Origin: Bacteroidota bacterium
Lineage (GTDB): Bacteria > Bacteroidota > Bacteroidia > J057 > JAJTIE01
Length of the DNA stretch: 64,000 bases
Assembly (NCBI GenBank): GCA_021300195.1
Contig: JAJTIE010000003.1
Location: 31,547-95,546 of the forward strand
Direction: 5' to 3'
Part shown: one piece after another, positions 36,553-46,683 of the stretch
Layout of the letters: each line of letters opens with the position of its first letter
Position numbering within the stretch: the stretch's first letter is position 1
Made by a program: the position numbers and the translations under genes
The notes under the pieces: model-generated
The model's database searches: none
Seen by the model: the letters and a program-made list of their open reading frames with translations, nothing else
Told to the model about the DNA's origin: nothing

Positions 36553-39500
36553 ATGAGAATTCACCAAGTAGCTTGCTCCCTGCTATTCGTGGCGGTCCTC
36601 TTTTGCCTTGGGGCTCGTTCCGCATCGGCCCAGATACCGTGGACCGAGAACTTTAACGATGCAGGTGCGACAGCACGCTGGATAACCCAGGATGCGCCTG
36701 GTTCCAAAACCAACCCCACTCCGGGGGGCATCAGCGGGCTGGTGTACAACACTGCGGCAGGTGTGCTTACCAATGGCGTGTATCCAAACTACTGGATCAT
36801 CAACAACCGGAATGCCTCAGACCCAGCTACCCGCACCAGCCAGGGCCAGCTGCGTGGGGCTAACTGTGGCGGGGCAGGCACCAACAATAGCCTGCACATA
36901 ACTCACCCAGCCACGGACCCCGGCATAGTGAACCGGCCTTTTAGCGACCTGCTGCAAGAGCCAGTAGACGGGGGAGATGCCTACTGGCCCCTGTCGGCCT
37001 CCAGCGGCAGCGAAACCGTGGACAACTCCGCATCTTCCGACCAGATTGCCTACCTGAATCCGACCAGTGCCATCAGCACCGTAGGGGCCAAGAACCTGAT
37101 CCTCAGTTTCGATGCCTTTATCTATGCGGATCTGGATCTACTGGGAGAACAACCCCTTACAAGCCAATCTGTTGTAGGATCGAGAGACGGTGGGACCACC
37201 TGGGTGGTAATCGCAGAAGACCTGGAGCAAATTTGGGTCCAACAAGGCCCCAACTGTGCTTCGGGCTGGCGGCGCATCAGCCTGGGCCTGCCTGCGGCCT
37301 TGTACAACAGTAGCAACGTGATTATTGGGTTCCGGTGGCGGAACAGGGGACTACTAGGCTCCATTGACGCACGCAACTTTTCGCCCCAGGCCGGTGGATT
37401 CAACGTAGACAACCTGCGCATAGAGGAAGGGGCTGACCCGGTGCTGGCATCGGCACAAGACATTGTTTCCCCCTGTAAAAACCAGACCCAAACCTTCTCT
37501 AACACCACCAATACTCTGGTTCGGGGCATTACCTACCGCTGGGACGTATCGCCCACCGGAAACTTCACGGTGGTAGCGGGGCAGGCGAATACCAACCTGG
37601 TGGACAACTTTGGCAACCTGCGGCTCCGCTTTACGGCCAATGGTACCTACAATGTGGTACTGCGCGGCACCACGGCCACTGGCCAGGTGCTTAGCCCGGT
37701 TAGCTATACGGTAACGGTAGCCAACTGCCCGCCAGATGTAGACTTTACCACCGCACAGATATCTCAGGTAGTCTGTTCCACCTCGCCCTCCCCCGTTAAC
37801 GGCAGCAGTACACGCATCAAGTTCAAAAACCTCACTACCTCTTTCCCTGCACTAGGCACCTATAGCTGGAACATACCCGATGCTGTGTATGTAAACGGGA
37901 CCAATGCCAATAGCCCGGAGCCCGAAGTAGAGTTTAGCACCGTGGGTGCCAAAACCGTAAGCCTGACGGTAACCAACGCCGAGGGCAACGCCACCGAAAC
38001 CAAAAACAACTACATAGACGTGCGGGACTGCCAGTGCGAGCTGATTACTACTCCAAGCAACGTAACCCTGCTGAACGAGAATTTCCAGACAAATAATACG
38101 AATGCCCTCTTGACTGGCGGGGGATGGCAGTTTACGGATGTAGCATTCAATACTGGTCAGTTTTCTGGCACACATGCCTGGCAAGTGAACAGCGATTATG
38201 GGCCAACGTCCATTGGGGCTGGTGGTATAGCACTGTGCTTTGCACTTGGCACAAATACGACTCCGAACCAGCCAATGGCCATTACGGGTGCACCGCAAAG
38301 CAACTACCTGCATGTAACGGCACCCGGTCTGACAGCCGGTGCTGGATTTTGCTTCACGGGTTCTGGCCAGAACGCACTTCACTTCACTACCACACCCGGG
38401 CAGAACATACGGGCACGCACGCCCCTACTAGATGCCACGGGGTTGACCAATATTCAGATTGATTTTCAATACTTGGCCTGCGATGCCACAAATGCAAGGG
38501 TTCGCTACCTAAACCAAACGGGCACCCAGATAGGTGCAACGGTAAATCTGGCAACAGCCGCTACCTGGACTGCAAGAAATATAGCTGCAGCGGCACTAGA
38601 CGGACAGATATTCCGGGTAGAGTTTGAATGGAACACGACATCGGCCTGTGGCCCGGCTTTTTCCATAGACGAGCTGCTTATCCGCAGCGTAACCGGTGGT
38701 GCGGCAGGCCCCGCTACCTTTGTGTGCCCGGTGCCCACCACCCTCTGCCCCGGCCAAACCTTTACGGTGCCCTTCAATGCCGCCGGTACCTGGGCTGCCG
38801 GAAACAACTTCCTGGTGCAGCTGTCTAACGCCAGCGGTTCCTTTGGCTCCCCTACCCAGATAGGCAGCCTGAACAACCAGGTGGGCACCAACCTTACTGG
38901 GCTGAATGCCACCGTTACCATCCCTGCTGGCCTGGGTGCAGGCACGGGCTACCGCATCCGGGTGGTGGGTAGTGCACCACAGGGCGGCGCCCAGACCAAC
39001 AATGACAATGGCAGCAACATAACGGTGGCACTCCGCCCCGCTGCCAAGGCCGTTAGTGGGCCCACGAGTGTATGTGTGGGCAGCCTGGCCCAAACCTACA
39101 GCATCCCGGCGGGCAGCACCTCCTCCTACACCTGGGGTGTGACTACCGGTGTGGAGGGTACCGACTGGGAGATCGTAAGCGGCCAGGGCACCAACAGCCT
39201 GCGGATCCGCTGGATAACTACCTCCAACCGCACCCTGCGCGTAACCGAGAGCAACAGCTGCGGAGACCGGGTGAATGACCTGGCAGTGGCTGTTACCGGT
39301 GGGCCGGTGATACCCGACCTGCAGACGGGCGATGTGGCGGTGTGTATCAACACCTCGGACACCTATGCCGTGCCTGCCGACCCCAGCATCGTAACCTGGG
39401 AGTGGACTGCCACAAACGGCACCATCACGGGCCCCAATAACACCAATAGCGTAAACGTAACCTGGGCGGCTACCCCCGGCCCGGCATCGCTGCGCCTGCG

Positions 39501-41358
39501 TGCCGTAAACAGCTGCACCGAAACCGTCCGCACCTATAGCGTGGATATCAGCAGTGGTGCACCCACCGGCCCCTTTACGCTATCGGGCCCCGCCAACCCC
39601 TGTAGCAACCAGATCTTCAACATCATTGCCACACCCAGCACAGGCTTCACCTACGACTGGGAGGTGAATGGCCCCGGCCTGGGCGGCTTTACCGATGTGG
39701 AGGATGCCGTAACGGCAGGCGTAGCCACCGTACAGGGATCCACAAACAGTGGCCTGCTGTCCATTGCCTTCGTAAATGCAGGCACCTATGAGGTGCGCCT
39801 GAATGTGGACAACGGCTGTGCCCCGCTGAACAATGCCGCCAACGGCACCTATACGGTGCTGGCTGGGCCCACGCCAACCCTCACCAGCAACGGTGGCACG
39901 GCACCTATTACGTACTGCCAGGCCGACAACACCACCAATTTTGCGGTTACGTTTAGCCCTTCGACTGGCGTGGTGGTAGATAGATGGGAGCTGAGCCTGG
40001 ATGGAGGCAGCACCTACACCACAGTGCCGAGTAGCGCTACCCTAACCAGCCTCACGGTGAATGACATAGGCGAAGCGCGACGCTACCGCGTGCGGTACAA
40101 CGCTGGCCTGTGTACAGACCTGCTGGCCAATGCCCCGCTGATAGACTTTGAGCCCCTGCCCAACCCGCAGGCCAGCGTACCCACAGAGGTGCAGAGCGGT
40201 GAGAGCATCACCACCGCTACCGTAACGGCGCCCACTACAGGCACAGGCCCCTTCGAGGTATACTTCCGCCCCACCGGGGGGGCCGATACCCTGAGTAACA
40301 GCCTGAATGAATTCCCCAGAATTCCCTCTCCGGGGGGCACTATCACCCTCCCACCCTTCAGCTACACCACCAGTGTAGACGGAACCAACTTCATCTACAG
40401 CCTGAGCATGCGAGACCTGGGTAGCCCAGACCGATGCGAGACCGATGTGATAGGCCAAACCGTGCTGGTGCGCGTGCTGGGCCTGGGTGCACCGGTGGCA
40501 GACAAGGCGACCTACTGCACAGACGAGCTAGTCCGCATCAGCTTCACCGCACAGGGCACCTACGACCCCGGAAACCAGTTCTCCGTAGAGGTGATTAACA
40601 ACTTGGGTACCACCGTGGCTACCCTGGCTAATGTAACCAGCCCTGCTACCCTAAACCTGCGGACAGCCGGTATCCGTGGCGGCGTGTACAACCTGCGTGT
40701 GCGCTCCAGCTCGCCTGTCCGCTCCGCCGACGGTACAATCAGCTTTACGGTATTGAATCTTCCGGATCCCGTATTTGAGCTGCGCGATGAGAATGGACAG
40801 GCCAGCACGGTGTTTCTCAAGGTGAATGACTTTGTGCAGGTAAACGGCCCCTTCTATACCGGTACTACCAACATAGGTAACCCCAACATCAACTGCCGAT
40901 GGGTGATCCAGCATCCGCTGGGGAATGTGGTATGCGAGGAGTGCGATTTCCTGGCCAACTGCGTACTGCCCCCCTACACCGGCCCCGAGGGACCGCGCAC
41001 CTACACCGCCATCCTGGTGATGGACAACCAGGGCTGTGAAAGCTCAGACACCCTGCTCTTTGAGGTGCGCCCGGATGTTACGCCCATTGGCCTGCCCACC
41101 TTCTTCTCGCCCAACAAGGATGGCGTAAACGATGTGTTCCAGGTAGATCCCACCCGGTTCCAGTCCTTTACACTCGAGATCTTCAGCCGAAACGGACAGA
41201 TGGTATTCTCCACTGGCCTGAATGGATTTAAGGCTTGGGATGGCACCTTTGATGGCGGAGGCGATGCGCCAGAGGGCGTGTACTTCGTTCACTTCAAGGG
41301 AGTAGACCAGTTTGGAAAATCCTTCGATAAAACATCCACGCTAACGCTGCTCCGCTAG
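36553..41358 (+). CDS. Large (1601 aa) cell-surface adhesin-like protein with Ig/PKD-like repeats and a T9SS type B (gliding-motility-associated, CHU_C) C-terminal domain
   Basis: Signal peptide (LFVAVLFCLGARSASAQ) and many Cys-bracketed Ig-like modules. The C-terminus PTFFSPNKDGVNDVFQV...LEIFSRNGQMVFST...WDGTFDGGGDAPEGVYFVHF matches the type B CTD pattern. Confidence 0.85.
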   Translation: MRIHQVACSLLFVAVLFCLGARSASAQIPWTENFNDAGATARWITQDAPGSKTNPTPGGISGLVYNTAAGVLTNGVYPNYWIINNRNASDPATRTSQGQLRGANCGGAGTNNSLHITHPATDPGIVNRPFSDLLQEPVDGGDAYWPLSASSGSETVDNSASSDQIAYLNPTSAISTVGAKNLILSFDAFIYADLDLLGEQPLTSQSVVGSRDGGTTWVVIAEDLEQIWVQQGPNCASGWRRISLGLPAALYNSSNVIIGFRWRNRGLLGSIDARNFSPQAGGFNVDNLRIEEGADPVLASAQDIVSPCKNQTQTFSNTTNTLVRGITYRWDVSPTGNFTVVAGQANTNLVDNFGNLRLRFTANGTYNVVLRGTTATGQVLSPVSYTVTVANCPPDVDFTTAQISQVVCSTSPSPVNGSSTRIKFKNLTTSFPALGTYSWNIPDAVYVNGTNANSPEPEVEFSTVGAKTVSLTVTNAEGNATETKNNYIDVRDCQCELITTPSNVTLLNENFQTNNTNALLTGGGWQFTDVAFNTGQFSGTHAWQVNSDYGPTSIGAGGIALCFALGTNTTPNQPMAITGAPQSNYLHVTAPGLTAGAGFCFTGSGQNALHFTTTPGQNIRARTPLLDATGLTNIQIDFQYLACDATNARVRYLNQTGTQIGATVNLATAATWTARNIAAAALDGQIFRVEFEWNTTSACGPAFSIDELLIRSVTGGAAGPATFVCPVPTTLCPGQTFTVPFNAAGTWAAGNNFLVQLSNASGSFGSPTQIGSLNNQVGTNLTGLNATVTIPAGLGAGTGYRIRVVGSAPQGGAQTNNDNGSNITVALRPAAKAVSGPTSVCVGSLAQTYSIPAGSTSSYTWGVTTGVEGTDWEIVSGQGTNSLRIRWITTSNRTLRVTESNSCGDRVNDLAVAVTGGPVIPDLQTGDVAVCINTSDTYAVPADPSIVTWEWTATNGTITGPNNTNSVNVTWAATPGPASLRLRAVNSCTETVRTYSVDISSGAPTGPFTLSGPANPCSNQIFNIIATPSTGFTYDWEVNGPGLGGFTDVEDAVTAGVATVQGSTNSGLLSIAFVNAGTYEVRLNVDNGCAPLNNAANGTYTVLAGPTPTLTSNGGTAPITYCQADNTTNFAVTFSPSTGVVVDRWELSLDGGSTYTTVPSSATLTSLTVNDIGEARRYRVRYNAGLCTDLLANAPLIDFEPLPNPQASVPTEVQSGESITTATVTAPTTGTGPFEVYFRPTGGADTLSNSLNEFPRIPSPGGTITLPPFSYTTSVDGTNFIYSLSMRDLGSPDRCETDVIGQTVLVRVLGLGAPVADKATYCTDELVRISFTAQGTYDPGNQFSVEVINNLGTTVATLANVTSPATLNLRTAGIRGGVYNLRVRSSSPVRSADGTISFTVLNLPDPVFELRDENGQASTVFLKVNDFVQVNGPFYTGTTNIGNPNINCRWVIQHPLGNVVCEECDFLANCVLPPYTGPEGPRTYTAILVMDNQGCESSDTLLFEVRPDVTPIGLPTFFSPNKDGVNDVFQVDPTRFQSFTLEIFSRNGQMVFSTGLNGFKAWDGTFDGGGDAPEGVYFVHFKGVDQFGKSFDKTSTLTLLR

Positions 41359-41375
41359 GGCAGGCGGTGCGGCAG

Positions 41376-41409
41376 AAAAGGGGGATGACCATAGGTCATC
41401 CCCCTTTTT
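41376..41409 (+). terminator. Rho-independent terminator
   Basis: AAAAGGGGGATGACC, loop ATA, then GGTCATCCCCCTTTT followed by TG TTT, 18 nt after the adhesin stop. Confidence 0.85.
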
Positions 41410-41473
41410 GTTTGTTTAAACGAAGCCTGTAGGACATTACAAGAGACTGCCACACGAGATGAGGAAGTAGTTG

Positions 41474-41481
41474 TATCTTTG
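41474..41481 (+). promoter_or_regulatory. Bacteroidetes -7 promoter box TATCTTTG
   Basis: Perfect TAnnTTTG. It lies inside the 5' end of the ORF-track call (41471), which argues for a downstream start codon. Confidence 0.4.
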
Positions 41482-41500
41482 TGTAATAACCAAGCTGCCA

Positions 41501-42265
41501 TTGGAGAAACGAAGACTACATGTATGCCTGACACCCGCGCTGCTTCCCACATTCCGGGTAGAGGAGTATGTGGTGGTGGTGATAGACATACTACGTGCCA
41601 CTACCAGCATGTGTGTGGCCTTTGGGCACAAGGTGGCCAGCATAGTACCGGTAGAGACGGTAGACGAATGCGCCGCATGGAAGGAGCGCGGCTACCTGGG
41701 TGCTGCCGAGCGGAATGGTGAGATGATACCTGGCTTTGATTTTGGTAATAGCCCATTCAGCTACATGCGCGACGACATTGCCGGGAAGCATATAGCCATG
41801 ACCACAACAAACGGCACCCAGGCCCTGCACCAGGCCCACCGCCTGGGTGCACAGCAGATCATCATCGGTGCCTTTAGCAACATGAGTGTGCTGAATGAGT
41901 ATCTGCTATCAGTAGAGCAGCATGTACTGCTGCTATGCAGTGGCTGGAAGCAGCGCCTGAATATGGAGGACACCATCTTTGCAGGTGCCATAGCCCGCAC
42001 CATCGGGGGCCAGTTTGATGCGATGGACGATGCCGCCCAGGTGGCCCGCACCTTCTACTGGAGTGCCAACCTGCAGAAGCGCAGATTTTTTGAGCGCAGC
42101 AGCCACTACAACCGCCTGGTACACCTCAACCTGCAAAATGATGTGAAATACTGCCTGCAGCGCGATACGCAGGCTGTACTACCTATGTACCGGGATGGAC
42201 GGATCCTGGATGCACTGGCCCCAAACTATACAAGCCTCTTGTCGGAACCGGTTATCGCTTCGTAG
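41501..42265 (+). CDS. 2-phosphosulfolactate phosphatase (ComB) family protein
   Basis: VVVIDILRATTSM and AAERNGEMIPGFDFGNSP motifs of the ComB family. My tentative start is the in-frame TTG at 41501 (MEKRRLHVCLTP), downstream of the -7 box. The ORF-track start is 41471. Confidence 0.75.
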   Translation: MEKRRLHVCLTPALLPTFRVEEYVVVVIDILRATTSMCVAFGHKVASIVPVETVDECAAWKERGYLGAAERNGEMIPGFDFGNSPFSYMRDDIAGKHIAMTTTNGTQALHQAHRLGAQQIIIGAFSNMSVLNEYLLSVEQHVLLLCSGWKQRLNMEDTIFAGAIARTIGGQFDAMDDAAQVARTFYWSANLQKRRFFERSSHYNRLVHLNLQNDVKYCLQRDTQAVLPMYRDGRILDALAPNYTSLLSEPVIAS

Positions 42266-42301
42266 CGATGCACCGGGGCAGCCTCGAATACAATACTCGC
42301 C

Positions 42302-42913
42302 ATGCACCACCTGATCGTCCTGCTCACACTGCTGCGCTGTGCGTACGCTGGCGGTGTACCCAGTGTGGATCTGGGTTCATTTGTGGCAGAGGTGGTGGAT
42401 GACCAGGTGGTGTGCAGCTGGATGACTACGGAAGAGAAGCTCCAGGGTCATTTTTACATCCAGCAGAGTGAAAATGGCTATCTGTGGGAAACCATAGGCA
42501 GGGTGGAGGCAAAGGGCCCCGCCCAGTCCAAGCAGTACTATCATTTTAGCCACGTGGGCAACCACCGGCTGCCCTATTATCGCCTGGTTTTTCAGTCGCT
42601 CAGTGGGCTGCAGGATATTCTGGCTACAGAGAAGGTCGATTTCTATGCGCACATTCAGTTCCATACAGCCGAACTGGACCGCGAGACCGGCGTTTTCCAC
42701 CTGGGGTATCTGATTGACAAGAACAAGCGGCTGCTGATACGGCTATACGACAAGATAGGCCAACAGGTGTATACAGACCACCTGCCCAGCGGATCGGCAG
42801 GTACGTATGCCTACGACCTGAACCTGCGGCGACTCGGGCGGGGCTCCTTTCTACTCGTTGTTACCCAAGAGGAGTACAACCTGAACGTAGCGGAATATCG
42901 ATTTACGTACTAG
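42302..42913 (+). CDS. Small secreted protein with a beta-sandwich module and a T9SS type A CTD-like tail
   Basis: N-terminal signal-like segment. The module VVCSWMTTEE...FYIQQSENGYLWETIG...YYRLVFQS is paralogous to modules in the 14294 and 48902 proteins. The C-terminal LLIRLYDKIGQQVY...GSFLLVVTQEE is CTD-like. Confidence 0.5.
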   Translation: MHHLIVLLTLLRCAYAGGVPSVDLGSFVAEVVDDQVVCSWMTTEEKLQGHFYIQQSENGYLWETIGRVEAKGPAQSKQYYHFSHVGNHRLPYYRLVFQSLSGLQDILATEKVDFYAHIQFHTAELDRETGVFHLGYLIDKNKRLLIRLYDKIGQQVYTDHLPSGSAGTYAYDLNLRRLGRGSFLLVVTQEEYNLNVAEYRFTY

Positions 42914-43054
42914 GCACCTGCTGGGGTGTGGGCGCCCGCGCTACCTCCGGCAAGCCGTGCTGTACACACCCGCTGAACGGGTGCACCAGGCCACTGGCCT
43001 ACATCGTGCAGGGCGGGGGGACGGGGCAGCCGTGCCCATTGCCGGCAGGGGGGC

Positions 43055-45247
43055 TTAGCGGATAAAGAGGATCTCGCGATACTTGGGCAGCTGCCACAGG
43101 CTGTCGTCCACCAGGTTCTCCAGCTGGTCGGCATGCTGGCGTATACGGTCGTATAGGGGCTTTACTTGTTCAGCAAAGGTATGCGCCTGTTTGAAGGTAT
43201 CCGGCTCGGCATTCGCCTGTGCACGTACTGCACGCATTTCGGCTATCAGCTTGCGTATGGCAGAGATGTGGCTGCTTATCTCGCGTGCCTGTTCCTTCAG
43301 TTCATCGGCCTCCGTACTCAGGCCCATTTCCTTCAGTCCGCGGTAGGTATCGGCCAGCTGTTTCTGATAGCGCTGGGCACTGGCCACTATGTGCGTATTG
43401 GCCAGCTCCTCGGCCAGCAGGCTCTCTATCTCCACTTTTTTGATATAGTGGTCCAGTTTGATCTCGGCCCGCGCGTGCAGCTCGCTTTCGGCCAGCACCT
43501 TGGTGGCACCAAATACCGCTACGCTCTTTGGGCTGATGTAGGCCTCCTGGGCTTCTGCGGCGTTTCGTATGGTTTTCAGGCCCCGGCTTTGGGCTATCTG
43601 TAGCCATTCTTCGCTGTAGTTGTCTCCGTTGAAAATAATCGCCTTGCTGGCCTCGTAGGTGCGGCGTAGCTCGGCTATCAGGGCAGCTTCCTTCGCCTCG
43701 CCCTGGGCTATGCGCTGGTCTACCGCCACACGGAACTGCTGCAGCTGGTGGGCCACAATGGTATTGAGCACAATCATGGGCTCGCTGGTATTGGCACTGC
43801 TGCCGCAGGCGCGAAACTCAAACTTGTTGCCCGTGAAGGGGAAGGGGGAGGTTCGGTTTCGGTCGGTATTATCTCGCTCCAGGCTGGGTACGGCAGGCAT
43901 ATCCATGGGCATCTTGCTCTTGTTTGCCTTGCTGCTATCTGCCTCCAGCCCCTGTGCCATAAAGGCCTCCAGCACCTCCTGGATCTGCTGGCCGGTGAAT
44001 ACACTAATGATGGCCGGTGGAGCCTCGTTGGCACCTAGTCTGTACTCATTGCCCGCACTGGTGATGCTGGCCAGCAGCAGATCGGCATGCTGGTATACGG
44101 CGTGTATGGTATTGATGAAGAAGGTGAGGAACTGCAGGTTGCCCATGGGGTCTTTGCCCGGACTTAGCAGGTTTACGCCTGTATCGGTGGCCAGGCTCCA
44201 GTTGTTGTGCTTTCCACTGCCATTTATGCCGGCAAAGGGTTTTTCGTGCAGCAGTGCCCGCAGGCCGTTTCGGCGGGCTACGCGGTCTAGCACATCCATC
44301 AGCAGCTGGTTGTGGTCTACGGCCGTATTCACGTCTTCAAAGTGGGGGGCACACTCAAACTGGCTGGGTGCCACCTCGTTGTGGCGGGTTTTTACGGGGA
44401 TGCCCAGTTTGTAGCACTCAGTTTCAAAGTCTACCATAAAGTCCAGCACCCGCTCGGGGATGCTGCCAAAGTAGTGGTCCTCTAGCTGCTGGCCGCGGGC
44501 TGCAGGCAGGCCAAAGAGGGTGCGGCCAGTCATCACCAGGTCTGGCCGGTTGTTGTAGAACTTTTCGTCTATGATAAAATACTCTTGCTCCCAGCCCAGG
44601 GTGGCCGTTACGCGCTGCACCCGGGGGTCGAAGTACTGAGCTACGGCCGTGGCTGCCTTGTCCACACGGTCCAGGCTCTTTAGCAGCGGGGTTTTGAAGT
44701 CGAGCGCCTCGCCGGTGTAGCTGATGAAAATAGACGGGATGCAGAGGGTACGGCTCTTGCCCGTCTCCATGAGGAATGCGGGGCTAGAGGGGTCCCAGGC
44801 GGTGTAGCCGCGTGCCTCAAAGGTATTGCGCAGGCCCCCGCTGGTAAAGCTGCTGGCATCGGGCTCTTGCTGGATCAGGCTCTCTACACTAAAGCGCTCA
44901 ATGGCCTGGGTATTATTGCCCGAGGTAAGGAAGCTGTCATGCTTCTCGGCTACCTGGCCGGTGAGTGGCTGAAACCAGTGTGTATAGTGGGTTGCCCCTC
45001 GGTCCATGGCCCAGTTCTTTAGGCCCAGGGCTACCTGCTCTGCCACCTCATGGCTCACATTGGTGCCTTTTTCGATGGCATTTACTACACTCTGGTAGGC
45101 CTCCTGGCTCAGGTACTCCTTCATGGCAGGCCGGTCGAACACATTCTTGCCAAACAACTTGGAGATGCGGGTCTCTTCGGCCAGGCCCAGGGTCTGGCCG
45201 GCAGATTTTACTTTGCGGGTAATAGAGTCGATGATACTGCTACGCAT
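43055..45247 (-). CDS. glnN: Glutamine synthetase type III
   Basis: About 730 aa when started at MRSSIIDSIT (ATG complement 45245-45247). GSIII-like N-terminus (ISKLFGKNVFDRPAMKEYLSQEAY) and a catalytic core with NGSGKHNNWS. Confidence 0.9.
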   Translation of the reverse strand: MRSSIIDSITRKVKSAGQTLGLAEETRISKLFGKNVFDRPAMKEYLSQEAYQSVVNAIEKGTNVSHEVAEQVALGLKNWAMDRGATHYTHWFQPLTGQVAEKHDSFLTSGNNTQAIERFSVESLIQQEPDASSFTSGGLRNTFEARGYTAWDPSSPAFLMETGKSRTLCIPSIFISYTGEALDFKTPLLKSLDRVDKAATAVAQYFDPRVQRVTATLGWEQEYFIIDEKFYNNRPDLVMTGRTLFGLPAARGQQLEDHYFGSIPERVLDFMVDFETECYKLGIPVKTRHNEVAPSQFECAPHFEDVNTAVDHNQLLMDVLDRVARRNGLRALLHEKPFAGINGSGKHNNWSLATDTGVNLLSPGKDPMGNLQFLTFFINTIHAVYQHADLLLASITSAGNEYRLGANEAPPAIISVFTGQQIQEVLEAFMAQGLEADSSKANKSKMPMDMPAVPSLERDNTDRNRTSPFPFTGNKFEFRACGSSANTSEPMIVLNTIVAHQLQQFRVAVDQRIAQGEAKEAALIAELRRTYEASKAIIFNGDNYSEEWLQIAQSRGLKTIRNAAEAQEAYISPKSVAVFGATKVLAESELHARAEIKLDHYIKKVEIESLLAEELANTHIVASAQRYQKQLADTYRGLKEMGLSTEADELKEQAREISSHISAIRKLIAEMRAVRAQANAEPDTFKQAHTFAEQVKPLYDRIRQHADQLENLVDDSLWQLPKYREILFIR

Positions 45248-45349
45248 GGCTACAGGAAAAAAAGAATGGGCGGATAAACCTGGCGCGAATATCGGCAATT
45301 CGAGTCTATTCGCATCGCTTGCGCACAATAATACCGGAGGAAATGGAGC

Positions 45350-46597
45350 CTAGTGCCGCATGGCCTCTACAGGGTCCATACGTGCCGCCAGGTAGCTGGG
45401 TATCAGGCCACTTATCAGGCCAATGAGCACACTGAGCAGCAGGCCCAGGGCCAGATCCCAGGGGGCTATCGCCACACTGAGGCCCAGGGCCAGCCTGCTA
45501 ACAATGAGCTGGGCTACCCCCGCCAGCACAAACAGGAGCAGGATACCCAGCAGGCCACCCAGCAGGCACAGGCTTACACTCTCTAGCAGGAACTGCAGCA
45601 GGATAAAGCCCCGTGTGCTACCCAGTGCCTTCTGGATGCCAATCTCGCGGGTGCGCTCCTTCACGCTTACAAACATGATGTTGGCTATACCAAAGCCCCC
45701 TACGAGCAGCGAGAGCAGGCTAATAAACACGCCGCCGGTATTGAGCACCTCAAAAATCTGGTTCACACTCTGCACCAGGCTCTCCTGCTTGTTGATGGCA
45801 AAGTCGTTCTCCTGGTCGGGCCGCAGTCCGCGGGCAATGCGCATCTGGCCCATCACCTGGTTTTCCAGTGCTTGCAGCTCCTCATAGCGGCGGGCCTTTA
45901 CGGCAATTACTTTATCGATGGCGCGCTGCTCAATCTGATAAAGCTGGGCCATCAGGGCATAGGGGATGATCAGGTCCTCGTCTGCACTACTGCCAAAGAG
46001 GCTAAGGCCCGCCTGCTCCAGCACACCGATGACGCGCAACTGCTGACCACGAAAACGCAGCGTGCGGCCCAGGGCTGGCTGGCTGCCAAAAAGGCTGCGG
46101 GCCACCTGCTGGCCCAGGATGCATACCTTTCGCCCGCTCTGTGCCTCGTAGGGCGAAAAGTCTCGGCCACTGGCCAGCCTGCTGCCCGATAGGTACAGGT
46201 AGTCCTGCGTTACCCCCCTAAGCTTCACACCCGTGGCTGTACGGCCCTGCTGGCTCAGCTCCACACCGTTCAGGTCTGCCTGAAAGTACAGGGCATCGGC
46301 CAGGCCGCCGAGGCTATTGCGCAGCCTTACATAGTGCGTGTAGCGCATCTTGTCGCGGTTCACGTACTGGTACCAGTCTTCGCTATTGTCCTTCCAGGGC
46401 CAGTGGTGTACAAAAATAACCGTGTTACCAAGGCTGTTCAGGTTGGCACTCAGGCCCTCCTTCATTGTGTTCACCAGGGTGAAAACAAAGGTGATGGTGA
46501 AAATGCCAAAGCTGATACCCAGGATGGTGAGTAGGGCACGCAGCCGGTAGCCCCGTATGCTGCGCAGGGCAAAGCGCAAGGCCTCGATGAACTTCAT
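45350..46597 (-). CDS. ABC transporter permease, FtsX/MacB type
   Basis: N-terminal TM, a large periplasmic MacB-like domain, and a C-terminal FtsX 3-TM bundle ([21 protein letters not shown]). Confidence 0.85.
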   Translation of the reverse strand: MKFIEALRFALRSIRGYRLRALLTILGISFGIFTITFVFTLVNTMKEGLSANLNSLGNTVIFVHHWPWKDNSEDWYQYVNRDKMRYTHYVRLRNSLGGLADALYFQADLNGVELSQQGRTATGVKLRGVTQDYLYLSGSRLASGRDFSPYEAQSGRKVCILGQQVARSLFGSQPALGRTLRFRGQQLRVIGVLEQAGLSLFGSSADEDLIIPYALMAQLYQIEQRAIDKVIAVKARRYEELQALENQVMGQMRIARGLRPDQENDFAINKQESLVQSVNQIFEVLNTGGVFISLLSLLVGGFGIANIMFVSVKERTREIGIQKALGSTRGFILLQFLLESVSLCLLGGLLGILLLFVLAGVAQLIVSRLALGLSVAIAPWDLALGLLLSVLIGLISGLIPSYLAARMDPVEAMRH

Positions 46598-46683
46598 TTG
46601 CGTTTCCGGCTGAAAGCTTCCAAATTAGCACGCTTTTTTGCATACGCGCAGCACCACTTTTATTTTCCCTATCGGAATACCGC

